From the NCBI RefSeq assembly GCF_009914755.1, contig NC_060927.1: DNA of 64,000 bases; one strand, given 5' to 3'. The notes under the pieces were generated by a model. The model was not told the DNA's origin. It ran no database searches and was given only the letters and a program-made list of their open reading frames with translations. Below are positions 1-18,115 of the stretch, one piece after another. This DNA comes from the human T2T-CHM13v2.0 reference genome, Homo sapiens. Made by a program: the position numbers and the translations under genes. Within the stretch, counting starts at the first letter, position 1, and every line of letters begins with the position of its first letter.

Positions 1-246
1 GCTTTTTAAAAATGTTATTTTTTCCCTCAAATTAATAATGCATGTACACAGGTTAACAAGTCAAGTCATGTCAAGGCTTCTAAAGATATATATCTGACCC
101 TTACCTGCCGTACCACATCCCCTTTCCAATTCTCCATTCCTTAAAGACAGTCATAAAGGCAGTCATTTTCAGCTCCTTAGCTATATGTTGCATCTAAACT
201 CCTGTTTCTAGGTAATTTGCATGTGTAGGTATTTTTGCTTCTTCAG

Positions 247-553
<307 letters not shown>

Positions 554-839
554 TGCTTTTTTGGTTTTAGTTATTTTATTGAATTTCTTCTATGGAAGAT
601 GTGGATTTAATCTTCTCTCACACCCCCATTCTTCCCTCACCTTCCCCCTTTTAATACAGTTATATCACAAATTTTGGTTAATCAATATTTTGTGTTTACA
701 TTATTGTGACTACCCAAATATTATTTATATGTGAGTCACCTAAGGTACTGTAGCTGTATTTCCTTTCTCAAATAATTTTTTAAATTATTTCTAAGTTTTT
801 TCAATGGATAGAGATAGAAAATGAATATATTTAAGAAAA

Positions 840-960
840 CTTCTTATTGACATATTTATATATACAGAAAGTCCCCCAGAACATAAATGTATATTATGGT
901 GATTTTTCACAAAGTAAATACATCCATGTAACTACCACATAGATCAAGAAACATATAACA
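840..960 (-). mobile_element. Old L1 (L1M) 3'-end fragment
   Basis: Resembles L1M 3' terminus (ACATCCATGTAACTACCACATAGATCAAGAAACATATAACA); boundaries approximate. Confidence 0.5.
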
Positions 961-2280
961 TTTAATTTTAAGAAAATATTAATTACCAAAGTTTTTCACC
1001 TGCTTAATTTTGTACATACATCACTAATTCATTCTAAAACTGAAGTGAATTGAACATATCCTCTTGACATATTTAAATATAGAATATATATATTTTTATT
1101 TCATTTTATTCATCTTTTGAGGCTCCTTTCCTGGAAACTCTAATGTAACCTGATTGTGTTAGAATTTTCTTCCTCTTTTATATTCTCTATTTTTGATTTC
1201 CAATTCCTCACCTTTCTTGGTTTATCTCCTTGATTTGGGAGTGTACCATAGCTCCTTTTCAAAACATAAATGCAATGATAATTTTCATTACTGAAAATAT
1301 TTTTATTCTGTCCTATACTTGAATACTATATTTTCTGTGGATATAAGTTTCAGTTGGAAATTATATTCCCTCAAAATTTTGAAAGTTTTGTTACTACATC
1401 TTCTAGTTTTGTTACCTCTGAATATTCTGCCCTGTGTTTTCTGATATTTTGTAGATCTGTTTTTATATTTCCTTTCATGAAATTCTTGACCTTTTTTTCA
1501 TATTCCTGGTGTTCTGAAATTTCACAACAATGTGATCTGGGGTAGGTCTTGATGCATTTATTTGGTAAACATATAGTTGGTCTTTTCAACCTAGAAACTC
1601 ATGTATTTACGGTCTTGCTTTTTTTTTAAATAATTTCTTTAAGAACTTTATTTTCTCCATTTTCTTTGTATTATTTTCATGGCCTTTCAGACATTAAGAA
1701 AATTAAAGAAACAGTCCAGTCCAAGAAAAGCAACGTCCAAATAAGGGGAATTTTAAAGTGACTTGCCTAAGGCCACACAACTAAAAGGTGGCAGATCCTA
1801 CGTTTAGACATATCTACTTGATTGCAAATCTGTTCTTTTTCCCCTATTGTCTATTGAGTAGAAATTGGTTATCCTAGTGAAATATACACAAATAATGTTT
1901 ATCTATATCAAATACTGTATTATGTTACTAATATACATACTATATCTATTTAAAAGAAAAAATTTAGCAGGAGATAATATAGCATATAGGATCTAAAATA
2001 ATGTTGTTGTTTGAAGCTTTATTAGGATCTTTAATATAATCAGACCAAATTGATCACTTTACACTATAAAAGAAGAAAAATAATTTGGATCTCACAGACT
2101 GATGTTTACAGAAAGTCTAAGAAATATTGCATTTTATATTTGGTACTATATGGAGATTGATATTCTTATATTTTCTTCTGCTTCAACTCATAGTCATCTA
2201 ACCAAATTTCTGTTTCCTTCTCTTGTACTAGCTTGTCACTATGAATTGTTTTTTAAAAATTAATTAATTAATCAATTAAT

Positions 2281-2352
2281 AGAGAAAGGATCTCGCTCTT
2301 TTGTCCAGGCTGGTCTTGAACTCCTAGCCTCAAGGGATCCTTCCACCTTGAC
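2281..2352 (-). mobile_element. Alu monomer (FLAM-like) fragment
   Basis: CCAGGCTGGTCTTGAACTCCTAGCCTCAAGGGATCCTTCC. Confidence 0.7.
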
Positions 2353-2716
2353 TATGAATTCTTAAAAATACAGCATATATAGCTGAAGTGCTAGTTGCCA
2401 CATTATTATTTTTTAAACTGGGTTGCACCCGTGTAAATATAGGGAAAAAGAAAGAGTAACAATGTTAGAAGCTCAGAGGCGAGAGAAAGAGAAAGTGGCA
2501 TCAAACAAAACAGATTTTGATTTTCTATCCATAAAAATTAAGTCCTATATTTATACAATGGTTCAGTAGCTTTTAACAATCTTTAATTTTCACATTCCTC
2601 AAGAACTACAACATCTTGAACTTTCTCTTTGGTTGCATGGTTTGGAACAAATCCTGAAACAACTCCCTCTAATGTTTTTATGACTGGAAAGATCTTTGTC
2701 CTTTTTTGGGCGTGTT

Positions 2717-3017
<301 letters not shown>

Positions 3018-4076
3018 CTTTTTTAAAAAAATTAGAAATAAAGTAATCAAAAGCCTTTTTCTAAAGCATCATAGTTTAAAAATTTTTAAGAAATAGACTA
3101 TTTCAAATTGCTATTGGAGCACAGTGTACACAGGCCTCTGGGAAGGTGAATTTTCCTGTGAAGTGCCTTTGAGAAGGTGCATTTTACTGCCACTGATTTT
3201 GGAAAGCAGGATATTTGAGTCTGACCTCTATAAAGGTTGTTTTTTTCCTGGATTTTTATCCATGTAATATCATTCCCTGAACATGCACCACACTTTTATA
3301 TTTGAATAAAAGGTACTTTAAGGAGCCCTTTAAAATATATTAATATGTCCTTTTTATTAATCTTAATGAATTTACAAGCAAAAAACAAAATATCCTTTTT
3401 TTAATATCTGTATACATTATTGATATTAAAGGCAAAACATGGAAATAGAATCAGGTTTCCTTTCAGTGTTATACATCATGGCAATGCGTATTATGTAAAC
3501 GATGTTTAAAGTGAGCTATAAAGGTTATACTGTGTTTGTCTTGGTTTATGGATCCTATGCCTGTATTTCTTTTGAACATTTAGAGAATATTTATGTGAAA
3601 GATCCTTTACATTATTAGGTTATTTCTAGTTTCTTAGGAGTAAATTCCTATGTTTGCTGTGGCCACGGACTGGTGACCACTCTGTTAAATGTGGGCAAGT
3701 GTATTTAGTGAAATTCGTCAGTAGCCTAGCTTCATTGGGGAGTTATACAAGAATGCTCTGAGTGTCCTGATCAATTATGGATACATTGAGGCTATTTTTT
3801 TGATTGTCACTACCAACGCCCCATGGAGTTTGCCCCTTGTAGCCCAGGTAGTATTATGTAGGCCTAATTTTTCTCTAGTGATTTTTATAGCCTAAGTGGA
3901 TATCTCACTTCCTGCTATAATCCTGGGCAAGTCAACAGAGTTATTCCTGTCTTTGTATACAGATTATGTTGTATTATTCCTAGTTAACTGTTTCATCTAG
4001 GAAACTCAGTTTTAGTTCCCTATAATGCAACAAACTCTAAACCTCAGCTTTAAGGTAAAGTATTTGCCCAGTGTAA

Positions 4077-4383
<307 letters not shown>

Positions 4384-6495
4384 TAAAATTTAGTGATGTT
4401 GTTTTAAAATTTGTCTTTTTTAAACTTACGATTACATCAAATTCTGTATGTTTAGAGAAAGAGGGAGTAACTTCTGTATCTGTGCATTTTGACTGAAAGT
4501 CACAGTTGCTTATCTTTATAGAATTAACATAATTGAGAATGTTTCCCTAAATCCTTGTTCATCTGTGTAGAAATTGACTTGATAGGTACTCAAATATGTT
4601 TATATGCTGTATATAAATTACATTTTCTAGTAGTTGCATACTCATAACTATATGTATAACTATCCAATTTATTGATCTTATATCTTCATGAATTAGAATG
4701 TTAGGCAAAATGAGACAAATAAGCATGTTAGAATTTAAAACATGCAAGGACAGGATTCATATAAGCATAAAATATGAAGCTCATAGTTGTGAAATCATTT
4801 AATTGCTTAGACTAGGTGAAATTGATGAAATTACTATTTTATGCAGTCTGTTATGTACCTTAAATTTATTATGTTGGAAGAGTTATATACAAATATGAAT
4901 CATCTTTTATTATGTTTAACTTGCAGCATTGCTATACAGTTTTGAATTTTACTAGCAAGAACTGTATCTGTGAGCTTAAACATGATATTTAAAAAAGAAA
5001 GAACACTAACTCGTATGTATGATAATCAACTTGGACAACTTGTTCTGGGAAATAGAAAAGTAAACTGGTGCGACTCAAATAAAAGGTTCTCTGCCCTATT
5101 ACAGACACTGAAAATCCCTAGAAACAGAAACATGAGTAAAAATTACCTTGTACTTTTAGAAATATGCCCTGGGATAGATACTTAGTGTATTTATAGATTT
5201 TTTTAAAGTAGGCCATTTCTTTTCATAGTTACTGTAATGATTAAATAAAACATTTCAAGAAATATGACCAGTTTTTACCCAAGAGAAAACAGAATATTCT
5301 GTTGCTTTTGTATATGAAGTCAACTTGCCACATTTTTCTAGTGCAAGTGAAAGCAGAGGATCTTATTGTAATATATTAACCTCTTTGGCTACTAAAGTGA
5401 GGGCCAAATAGTAGTTTCTAAAAACTAAAAAAAAATTGCAAATTGCATATATTGTCTAATTTTGAAGTATCTGACTTTTTTTGCAATGTAAACTTTCAAT
5501 GCTTTTTTCTACATTTTATTTAGTCTAAATAACTTATTGAATTAACTTGTATAACAACATTAAGATCATTTTTGTTTAAATATGATGTATAATTTTTGAA
5601 CTTTTATCTGATTCAAGTAAGCTGTACATACATAAAATGATTTTTATATTACATTTAAAACTGCATAGCTGTGAAGATAATGTGTTCGAGGTATTACGTG
5701 GCCAATTCTCAAGTCCACCTTTAAAATACATATAAAAGTCATTATTATTTTGATTTGAAATGGAATATTTATTAAATTCTAACATAGTAACAATTATAAC
5801 TTTGAAAGTATCTAACCTATCTACATATGTTGTATTTAAATGATGCTGATTTAAATTTTTCAAACTATCAATTAAATGCTAACACTTACGTTAAATGGTA
5901 TAACAAGTATTTTTAATGTACTAGTTGAAATATTATAAAGGTTAGTGAGTACTTCGATATTTTCTGGTAGCCCTTTCACAAGATTATTTTCTCATTTTTT
6001 CAATTTTAGAAGATTCTAGTAAACAACAATGAAGCAATTAAGACCATTATAGCAAATTATTTCAGATTTTTAAGGTTATACGTATGTGTCAAATTTGGGT
6101 ATAAGCTGCTTTTCAGAGTGAAATATAAAAATGTTCTCTAAAGTAAGCACATTCATAGTCTGTCTATAAAAGAAATAATTTTAGATCTGTTTTTACATCT
6201 GACTTTCTAGTATTTTTTAAATGAGAGCTTACTTTTTAAAAGACTTAAAAATTTTTTCTTTCCTCTAAAGTTGATTTTTATTATCGTAGTCTATTTTCAA
6301 GAGCTTTATACCCAGATCCCAGTCAGCATGTCAGTAATATATGTGAACAAATCAGCTACTGGTACCCCGGTCCAAATCTGAGCAAAACAAGTAACCCTCA
6401 TTATTTGTTGAGTGATTTTTAAATGTAACAGTGTAACCAGATGTCAGTCTATGGATACCTCATATTAAAAAGTACAGAAAAGAGTCATTATTTAC

Positions 6496-6720
6496 CTTTC
6501 TGTTTTCTTCCTTTTGTTGGTTTTCCACCTGCGGTGTTGGAGTCCTGCCTTTGAGAGAATATCTGAATATCATCTCATGTTTTGAACAAATTATCTAAAT
6601 CTCTGTCTTATAGGGCACAGACTAATTTCTGTATAGTTTTCATGTTGTTAATTTGAAAGCCAAATAATGAAGTCAAATAAGAGATAAAGTTGTACGTTTG
6701 CTGTTAATAGCAAGTGAAAA
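6496..6720 (-). other. STX19: Probable non-coding first exon of STX19, nested antisense in ARL13B intron 3 (CDS lies left of the window)
   Basis: Minus-strand donor AAG|GTAAAT (plus ATTTACCTTT, GT at 6495-6494) in unique sequence; position fits recalled STX19 structure; 5' end approximate and not determinable from sequence. Confidence 0.5.
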
Positions 6721-7393
6721 TAGATTGCTTACTTCACACCTGGAGAATCTGGTTCTGCCTGTTAGACGCCTATTCTTTAGATTAAAGGAAGATCATTTTC
6801 ATTGGAGCTAGTCGGTAACAGGAAGTCCTCGTTAAACTGCCTACGTAGAGTATTTGGCACTGGATCTGCAAATTTAGTCCTACATTGTATATGTAATATA
6901 TTATTCCAAGAAAATGGGTTTGTATTTAAACAAAGGTTACTTTCTTTTCTATAGATATCAAAACTTACTAAAAATATGGAATTAAATAGGAATGAAAAGA
7001 AGCTTGGTGTAAAAGCTTTTTTTGTTCCATTTACTTTAAAATGGTTGAAATCTGTCCTATTTTAGGAAATCCCAAAAGAGCTTAGCTCACAAAATCATAG
7101 AATTTCAGAAGGAGAACATCCAGGAAAGAGCTCATGTCTGTAAACCATTCATCCCACGTTACTTTTAATTTTTTTTACTTTTTATTATGCCTGCTGTTTT
7201 TATTTTAAAATAAATTTTATATAGAACTAAAGTTATCCAGCAATATATGTTAAATCATTTATTTTGTCAATATAACAACTCAAAATTAATTTATACCAGA
7301 GGGAAATGTTTATAGGAAGAATTAAAAATGAAAATTTCTCTTGTACTACCAAATTTCAGACCCATTTTTTCTACCTGACTTGTTACTATTTGA

Positions 7394-7825
<432 letters not shown>

Positions 7826-8335
7826 TAAGAAATGACTCCTTTACACACCTACTTTTTATAGCACTCTTTGTAAAAACAAAACACTGGAAACACAAAAGTC
7901 CTTCAGCGTAGAACTGGCTGAATAAATGATGGAACATTCAAAGGGGAGCATTTTGCAATTATAGAAAATAGTGAAGATTTTATTATACTGCTTCAGGGTA
8001 CTTCAAAATTTACTGTTCAGTTAAAACAAGCATGCTGCAGAAGAATATATATAATATGCTAAGTTTTAGGAAGAAAGGAAGGGTAGATATAAATATTGTA
8101 TATATACACAAATACATAAACCAGTCAATAGCATTGAATATTCACAGTGCCCAAATTATGGTCCTTGAAATACCATTTTCTCCATACGCTTGTTTATATT
8201 TTCAAAAAGAAATAATGGGAGGATGAACTAAACACGAATGAAAATGGTTACCTATAAGGGAAGGGAAGGAAAAGGCAGAGAGATAGCAAATAGTTCCTTT
8301 CTGATTGTACCTTGTTTTTATAGTTCTGAATTTAG

Positions 8336-8655
<320 letters not shown>

Positions 8656-9017
8656 ATATAAATATTTTAGAAATTAAATCTTAAAACAAATACACAAACG
8701 ATCTCTAAAATGCAAAAGCACCTAGAAAGAAATGAACCTAGGTATATATCTAGGTGATGGCAAAACCACACAGAGAAGTACTATTTTAAGTAATTTTAAA
8801 ACAGTATTATTGACTCTGCATCTCTAGTGGGATATAGCGTAGAGACAAAGATACGTAACCACAAAGATATGTTAACCTGCACTTAGTAGTCTTAATATTT
8901 AGTAATCATATTGATATTATTATGTTAAAATTCCTATATATAGTTGGATAAAACAAATAATGTCATTAGAAACTGTAGTTTTCAGCATAAGTAAAAAGAG
9001 ATACAAATAAGATCTAA

Positions 9018-9337
<320 letters not shown>

Positions 9338-9789
9338 TTAAGAAGCTAAGTAAAACTTGGTAGTTGATTTGAAATGAAAAAATCAACACGAATACATGGT
9401 TAGATTTTTTTTTTTTCTAGAATAAAACTATTTCCTAGCTTTGTGCACTGAAAGGGCCTAGAAGCAGTAGTAAGTCAATAGCAAATGTTTATCTATAACT
9501 CCTAGGTTTTAGTCTTTAAAATGCCATTTTCCACTGAAAAGATCAAGGCTTCTTGGGGAAATGGATGATTGCAAGTCTGGAACCTTGTTTCATAGTAGAA
9601 CATAAAGAAGCTATCAAAGACTGTTGGAGTTGTACCAAAAGGGTCCAAGAGCCAACCTGAAGGGGACTCCTGCTGCCTCAAAATGGGTACCTTTGAGCCT
9701 TAAAAAGAGCAATAACTGCAACAAATTGAAACACATCAAATACATTTTTAAATCCATAAGTTCATAATGATGCCTCTCAAAATAAGAAA

Positions 9790-11500
<1,711 letters not shown>

Positions 11501-13076
11501 TAGGATTTTTTTTTTTTAAATCAACCTGATCACCTTCGGAGGTTGCTACGCCATTAATTCATTATTTTGAAAATCAGGAAATAAAGGCAAAGGATCAAAC
11601 ATTTATCTTGACTTTGTGAATTTTAAGAGGCACCAAGTAGTTGGTGAAAGCTTATTTTTAGCAAGAATCCTGCTAGTAAATGCAGAAGGAATATGGAACT
11701 ATAAAGTTACTGTTTCATAAACTTTGGTAAAATAATAGAATTAAGTAAAGGTCATCAATGGCTGCTAAAATCATTAAGTGAAAGATTAATGAGGAACTTT
11801 ATTTTGGATGGATCAGGCTAAATGTAAATCCATTAGTTAATTTTATACCACCAAAATAGGACATTATATAAAAGTGATATTATATGCCTCCCTAAATACA
11901 AGCACCACCTACGAAGTATGCTTGCCAAAAAGATTTCATCTGAAACTCATCCAGCTTCTTACCACCAGATACGGGAAATATAGGATAGGTATGTTAAATA
12001 AGTTTATAAGGAAGATATTAGCCAAATCCCAAACATGGGAATTCTAAAGAAAAATTACAAATGTCATGGGAGGAAAAGAGTCATGGGGGTGGTAGTGGGG
12101 AGGGCAGGTATAATATAGATTCAAAAAGAGTTAAGTGATAAGTAACGTATATTGGACCTGAATTTAAACATAACACTTGTAAAATGATATTGGAGAATAT
12201 TGAGTAAATTGAGTAATATTGAAGACTTACTGTTAATTTTGTTAGGTGTGATAGTGGTATCATGGTAATGATTTTTTAATATCTGGGTGAAGTAATGTGA
12301 TTCAGGCAGCAAAATAGAAGGTATGTAGATTTTAATGGTAACTTGGGAAATACAAAAAAAAAGAAGGTATATAGATAAGCAAGAATGACACAGTTTTGAT
12401 AATTTTTAAAGATAGGTGGGAAGGGTTCGTTAGATTTCTTAGTCTATGTACTTAATTTTTTTTTTAACCTAAAGAGTCTGTCAAACTTTGAGCAAGGCAG
12501 TATTTTATTAAACTTTTAAATCTATGTTATATAATTAAATAGTGGTAAATTGTGGTAAATCCTGTTTTTCTGTAGAATATATTGGTTTTCCATTTTGTTG
12601 GTGTCCAGTTTGTCTCTAATTGAGTACAATTTTTTTTTTTTTTTTAATTCCCAGTGCTTTGCCAAGTATATTAGAAGTGGCCTTGGGTCTTCAGTAAATT
12701 GCACATTTATGTGGACACATTCACACATTAGAATTGTAGATGAGCTCAAATATTAAAAGTTCAGAATGAATATTTGGGCATTTAAAACATTACAGTTTGT
12801 ATTTTAAGAAGATAAGAATATAATTTATGGATGTGACCTGTGGAAATTAGTCCTCTTATTTTTCTGTTTTGTAGCTTTTTCTGTTTTGTTGGCATATTGA
12901 TCTCTTGTTTATGTTTTCTTGACACTTTATTTGATTTTCCTTTTATAGGCCAGTACTTAAAAACTATTTTAGCAATAATAAGGGAAAAATGACAAAATTG
13001 ATGCTACAACATTTTAAGATACTAGTGTGTTCTGTAATCAGTACATTTAAAACTTGGGAATCAAAGAATGTGGTCA

Positions 13077-13385
<309 letters not shown>

Positions 13386-13442
13386 TCAAAATATCTTTAA
13401 GTTTCCATCCAATTATATATATGCTGTATAAAAGTACTTTAA

Positions 13443-13580
<138 letters not shown>

Positions 13581-13913
13581 TAATTTTAATTTTTTGTCCT
13601 TTCAAATAGGTTCAGTATAACTTGGTTTTTATAAAAGTGATAGCAATTAAAAGGCAATGTTTTCAAAGAATTTTTTGTAACCTATGAAATCACATTCCCA
13701 TTTTTCTGTTGATATAACTTAATACCATAATATTTGTTGTCTATTTCATTGTTATTTCCATGAACTATCTTTCCATGATTTCAAGGAGCTTCACATTTGC
13801 GTTTTAACATAGCCAACACATCATGGCATGAAATTTGTAAAATGGGAAAGAAAAGTGTAAATACAAAATTTAAACATATGAGAGATTCATAATGAATTTT
13901 GAAAAATTATTTT

Positions 13914-14210
13914 GCTGGGCATGGTAGCTCATGCCTGTAATCCCAGCACTTTGGGAGGTTGAAGGGGGCAGATTGCTTGAGCCCAGGAGTTTGAGACCAA
14001 CCTGGGCAACATAGTGAGACCCTAGCTCTACAAAAAATACAAAAACTAGCTGGGTGTGGTAGTGTGTTCCTGTAGTCCCAGCTGCTTGAGGGGGCTGAGG
14101 TGGGAAGACCACTGGACCCTGGGAGGCTGAGGCTGCAGTGAGTTCTAATTCAGCCACTGCACTCCAGCCTGGCCAACAGAATGAGACACTGCCTCTAAAA
14201 AACAAAAAAA
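13914..14210 (+). mobile_element. AluJ-like
   Basis: GCTGGGCATGGTAGCTCATGCC...TTGAGCCCAGGAGTTTGAGACC, A-rich tail. Confidence 0.92.
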
Positions 14211-14674
14211 GAAAAGATAAATCATATCAGGAGAGATGTCATACAGTCTTAAGGAAGATGAACAGTGGATTTAATAATTTATTTTGGTTTCAAAAAACAT
14301 TAGGCTGTCAATCTTATGGATGTTTACTGCTGTATATTGTAGTATAAGGAATTAAAACTTCCTGGCATTTTTAATCAATAGAGATGTCTTTTTATGGTAG
14401 TTAAATTTTTTCTTCTAATATTATAAGTGGCACTGTCACCCTCTTCTTTATAATATCTTACATAGTGTACAGATGTTATCTGTAAAATATTTTAAGTTCT
14501 ATATACTGATGTTAATCATTGCAGTGCTATGTTTTGGAAGTTAAATAAGCAGATGCTTCATATTATTAACTTAAATGGCTTAATTTTGATTTGCCATTAA
14601 TTATACTTAATGGTTTATGAATAGATTTGTGTGGAGACCTTTTAATCTTTTAGTCAAATAAATTTCTGTTTTAG

Positions 14675-14878
<204 letters not shown>

Positions 14879-15155
14879 TAAGTAGATTAATTTTGTACCA
14901 CAGTGCATTTGAAGGATCAAAAACATAACAATTTTATGAATCAGTTGTTAGTTTTATCTGTTCAGTTTCTTCTTTCTGTGTGAAGGAAGACACTAGGTAA
15001 ATTTTGTATTTCTGTGGATCTTTTTCTGTACAAGTTTGGGTGGTAGATTCCTAATTTTTCTGGTGGTTGTATAATAGTTAAATTTACTCCTTACGTAGCC
15101 ATTGTCTTCCAGAGTTTTAAATTTTTGTCTCTGATTGCTTGTGGGTACCTTAGTG

Positions 15156-15370
15156 CAGTGGTTCTCAATGCACAGGGTAGTTTTTAACATTTGGCAGTGT
15201 CTGGAGACATTTTTAGTTTTCACCACTAGGGGAAGGAGTGGAGTACTACTTGGAATCTATTGGGTAGAGGCCAGGGATGCAGCTAAACATCCTATGACAC
15301 ACAGGACAGTCTCCCACAACAAAGAATTATCAGGCTTAATATGTCAATAACGTTGAGACTGAGGAACCTT
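15156..15370 (+). mobile_element. MER20 (hAT-Charlie MITE)
   Basis: CAGTGGTTCTCAA...GTCTGGAGACATTTTT...GGTAGAGGCCAGGGATGCAGCTAAACATCCTA...CCCACAACAAAGAATTATC. Confidence 0.88.
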
Positions 15371-16639
15371 TTTAGTTTCAGCAAGGATAGAAGGTGAGCT
15401 GCTAGAGAATCATTCAACTCAAGCAAAATCTGATCCATAGTTGCCTTCCATCTGGCCTTTTATGTAGTTTAACATAGTTGTAGCCCAGTGAGCAAGAACT
15501 CACTACCCTTGGTGACCCATTATGAGGTACTTCCTTATACCGTGAAGGAAATCCTCTGATAACTGGTATTTTTCATTTAATTCATCAATAGGACTTAAAG
15601 AAATATTTATAGAAATGACTCTCTATCCCCAAGTGCTCAATAATATGAGCGTGCCTTTCATCTAGGGATCTCTTTATATAAAAGACAGATTAGAGTGAAT
15701 GATTTTGGCAGCTGTTGATACAAGGTTTTAGTTCCTGTGAGAATATTTGTTTTTTTCTTAGTATGTATTTTTATCATATAAAGCTCAGTACAACCAATCA
15801 TGCATGTTAAGTATACCTTTTATATATAATATTTATAAAAATTAAATATATGGCCATAATTATGTGAAAACTCCTTTTCCTCCACTAAGAAAATAAAAAC
15901 AGAAGCAACAAAAAAATTGAGTTGGATAAAAGAAATCTAATGTTAGTAACTTTTTAAATGTTTTTGCCTTTTCCATAATGATATTCTAGATCATGTTATG
16001 GCAGGCTTTTCCAATACTCCTTACCCTTTCTTTCTTTCTCTTTATCCATGCCAGTTGTGGTCTGAGACCTCTCCTCTTGAGGAGACCTCTTCTGTTGAGC
16101 CAATACTCCATAATTAAAAGCAAATTGACATTCGGAGACGGGTGATTAAAAACAAGCTTTTTACTTCACTAAATCCAATCTAATTGGTTCAGATAGTCAT
16201 TTCTAGTGTTTTTGAAAAACAGTAAAACATGCCAAGTAAAAATAATATATTAATACTGTATTCCTGAAGTTGCTTACTAATAAATAAAATTAATAACAAT
16301 GACTATCCTATGAGAAAGTTAATTCACAGAGTGTTCTCACATATATTACTTTATCTGACCCTTGATACAGCTCTATGAAGTGGTTATTTTTATTCACATT
16401 TGTGGGAAAGCTAAGGCTCAAAAGATCCAGGTCCAAAGTCACAGAAGTAGTAAATTGCAAATCTCCAAATCTTGGCTTCCTAGGTTCATAATAAAAGGAT
16501 ATGTATTTCCATCTAGAACACAGCTAGTAAATATTATGGTAATGAACATTTACATTGCTATACCATACTTACAGTCCAGTTAAAGATCCACAATACTTGT
16601 GTTTCTTTCTTTTTTTTTTTTTTTGGTCTCTGGCTGCTC

Positions 16640-16944
<305 letters not shown>

Positions 16945-17342
16945 GGCTGCTCATCTTAATAACATTACTCATCATGTATGGAACAACATTACTATAAATC
17001 ACAGAGATAGTAAATGTTCAGTGGTAACTAATATGGAAATACTTATTTAATCTGAATGATACATATGGTAACTTATTTTTATAGCCACTGAACACTATTA
17101 TGGAAGTTATTATCTAGTTCAAATATGATACACAACTTGATAAAATATTTTATATTACTACTCTGTCATATACTTCTATAGAATCAATCTGTAGATATTC
17201 TAGTCTTTTATTCTTTTATACTAAACAAGAAACATGTTTATGCAGAAATAAAAACATAGGTTGAGTTGAAGGAATGTTTTCCTAGTTTTGTAAGAGAAGA
17301 CTTAGCCCTTAAGAAAAGAATTAATAAGAATAATTACTATTT

Positions 17343-17766
<424 letters not shown>

Positions 17767-17905
17767 TCACTCATAGGAAATGTCATTTTTATCAGCATTT
17801 TTTTAATTGAAATGATTAGTCTTTACATGGGAGGAAGCAGCCTCTTACCTGCATAAGGATTTTTGAAATGCTCTCAGTAATTCAAAACCATGTCCAGATG
17901 TTTAA

Positions 17906-18115
<210 letters not shown>

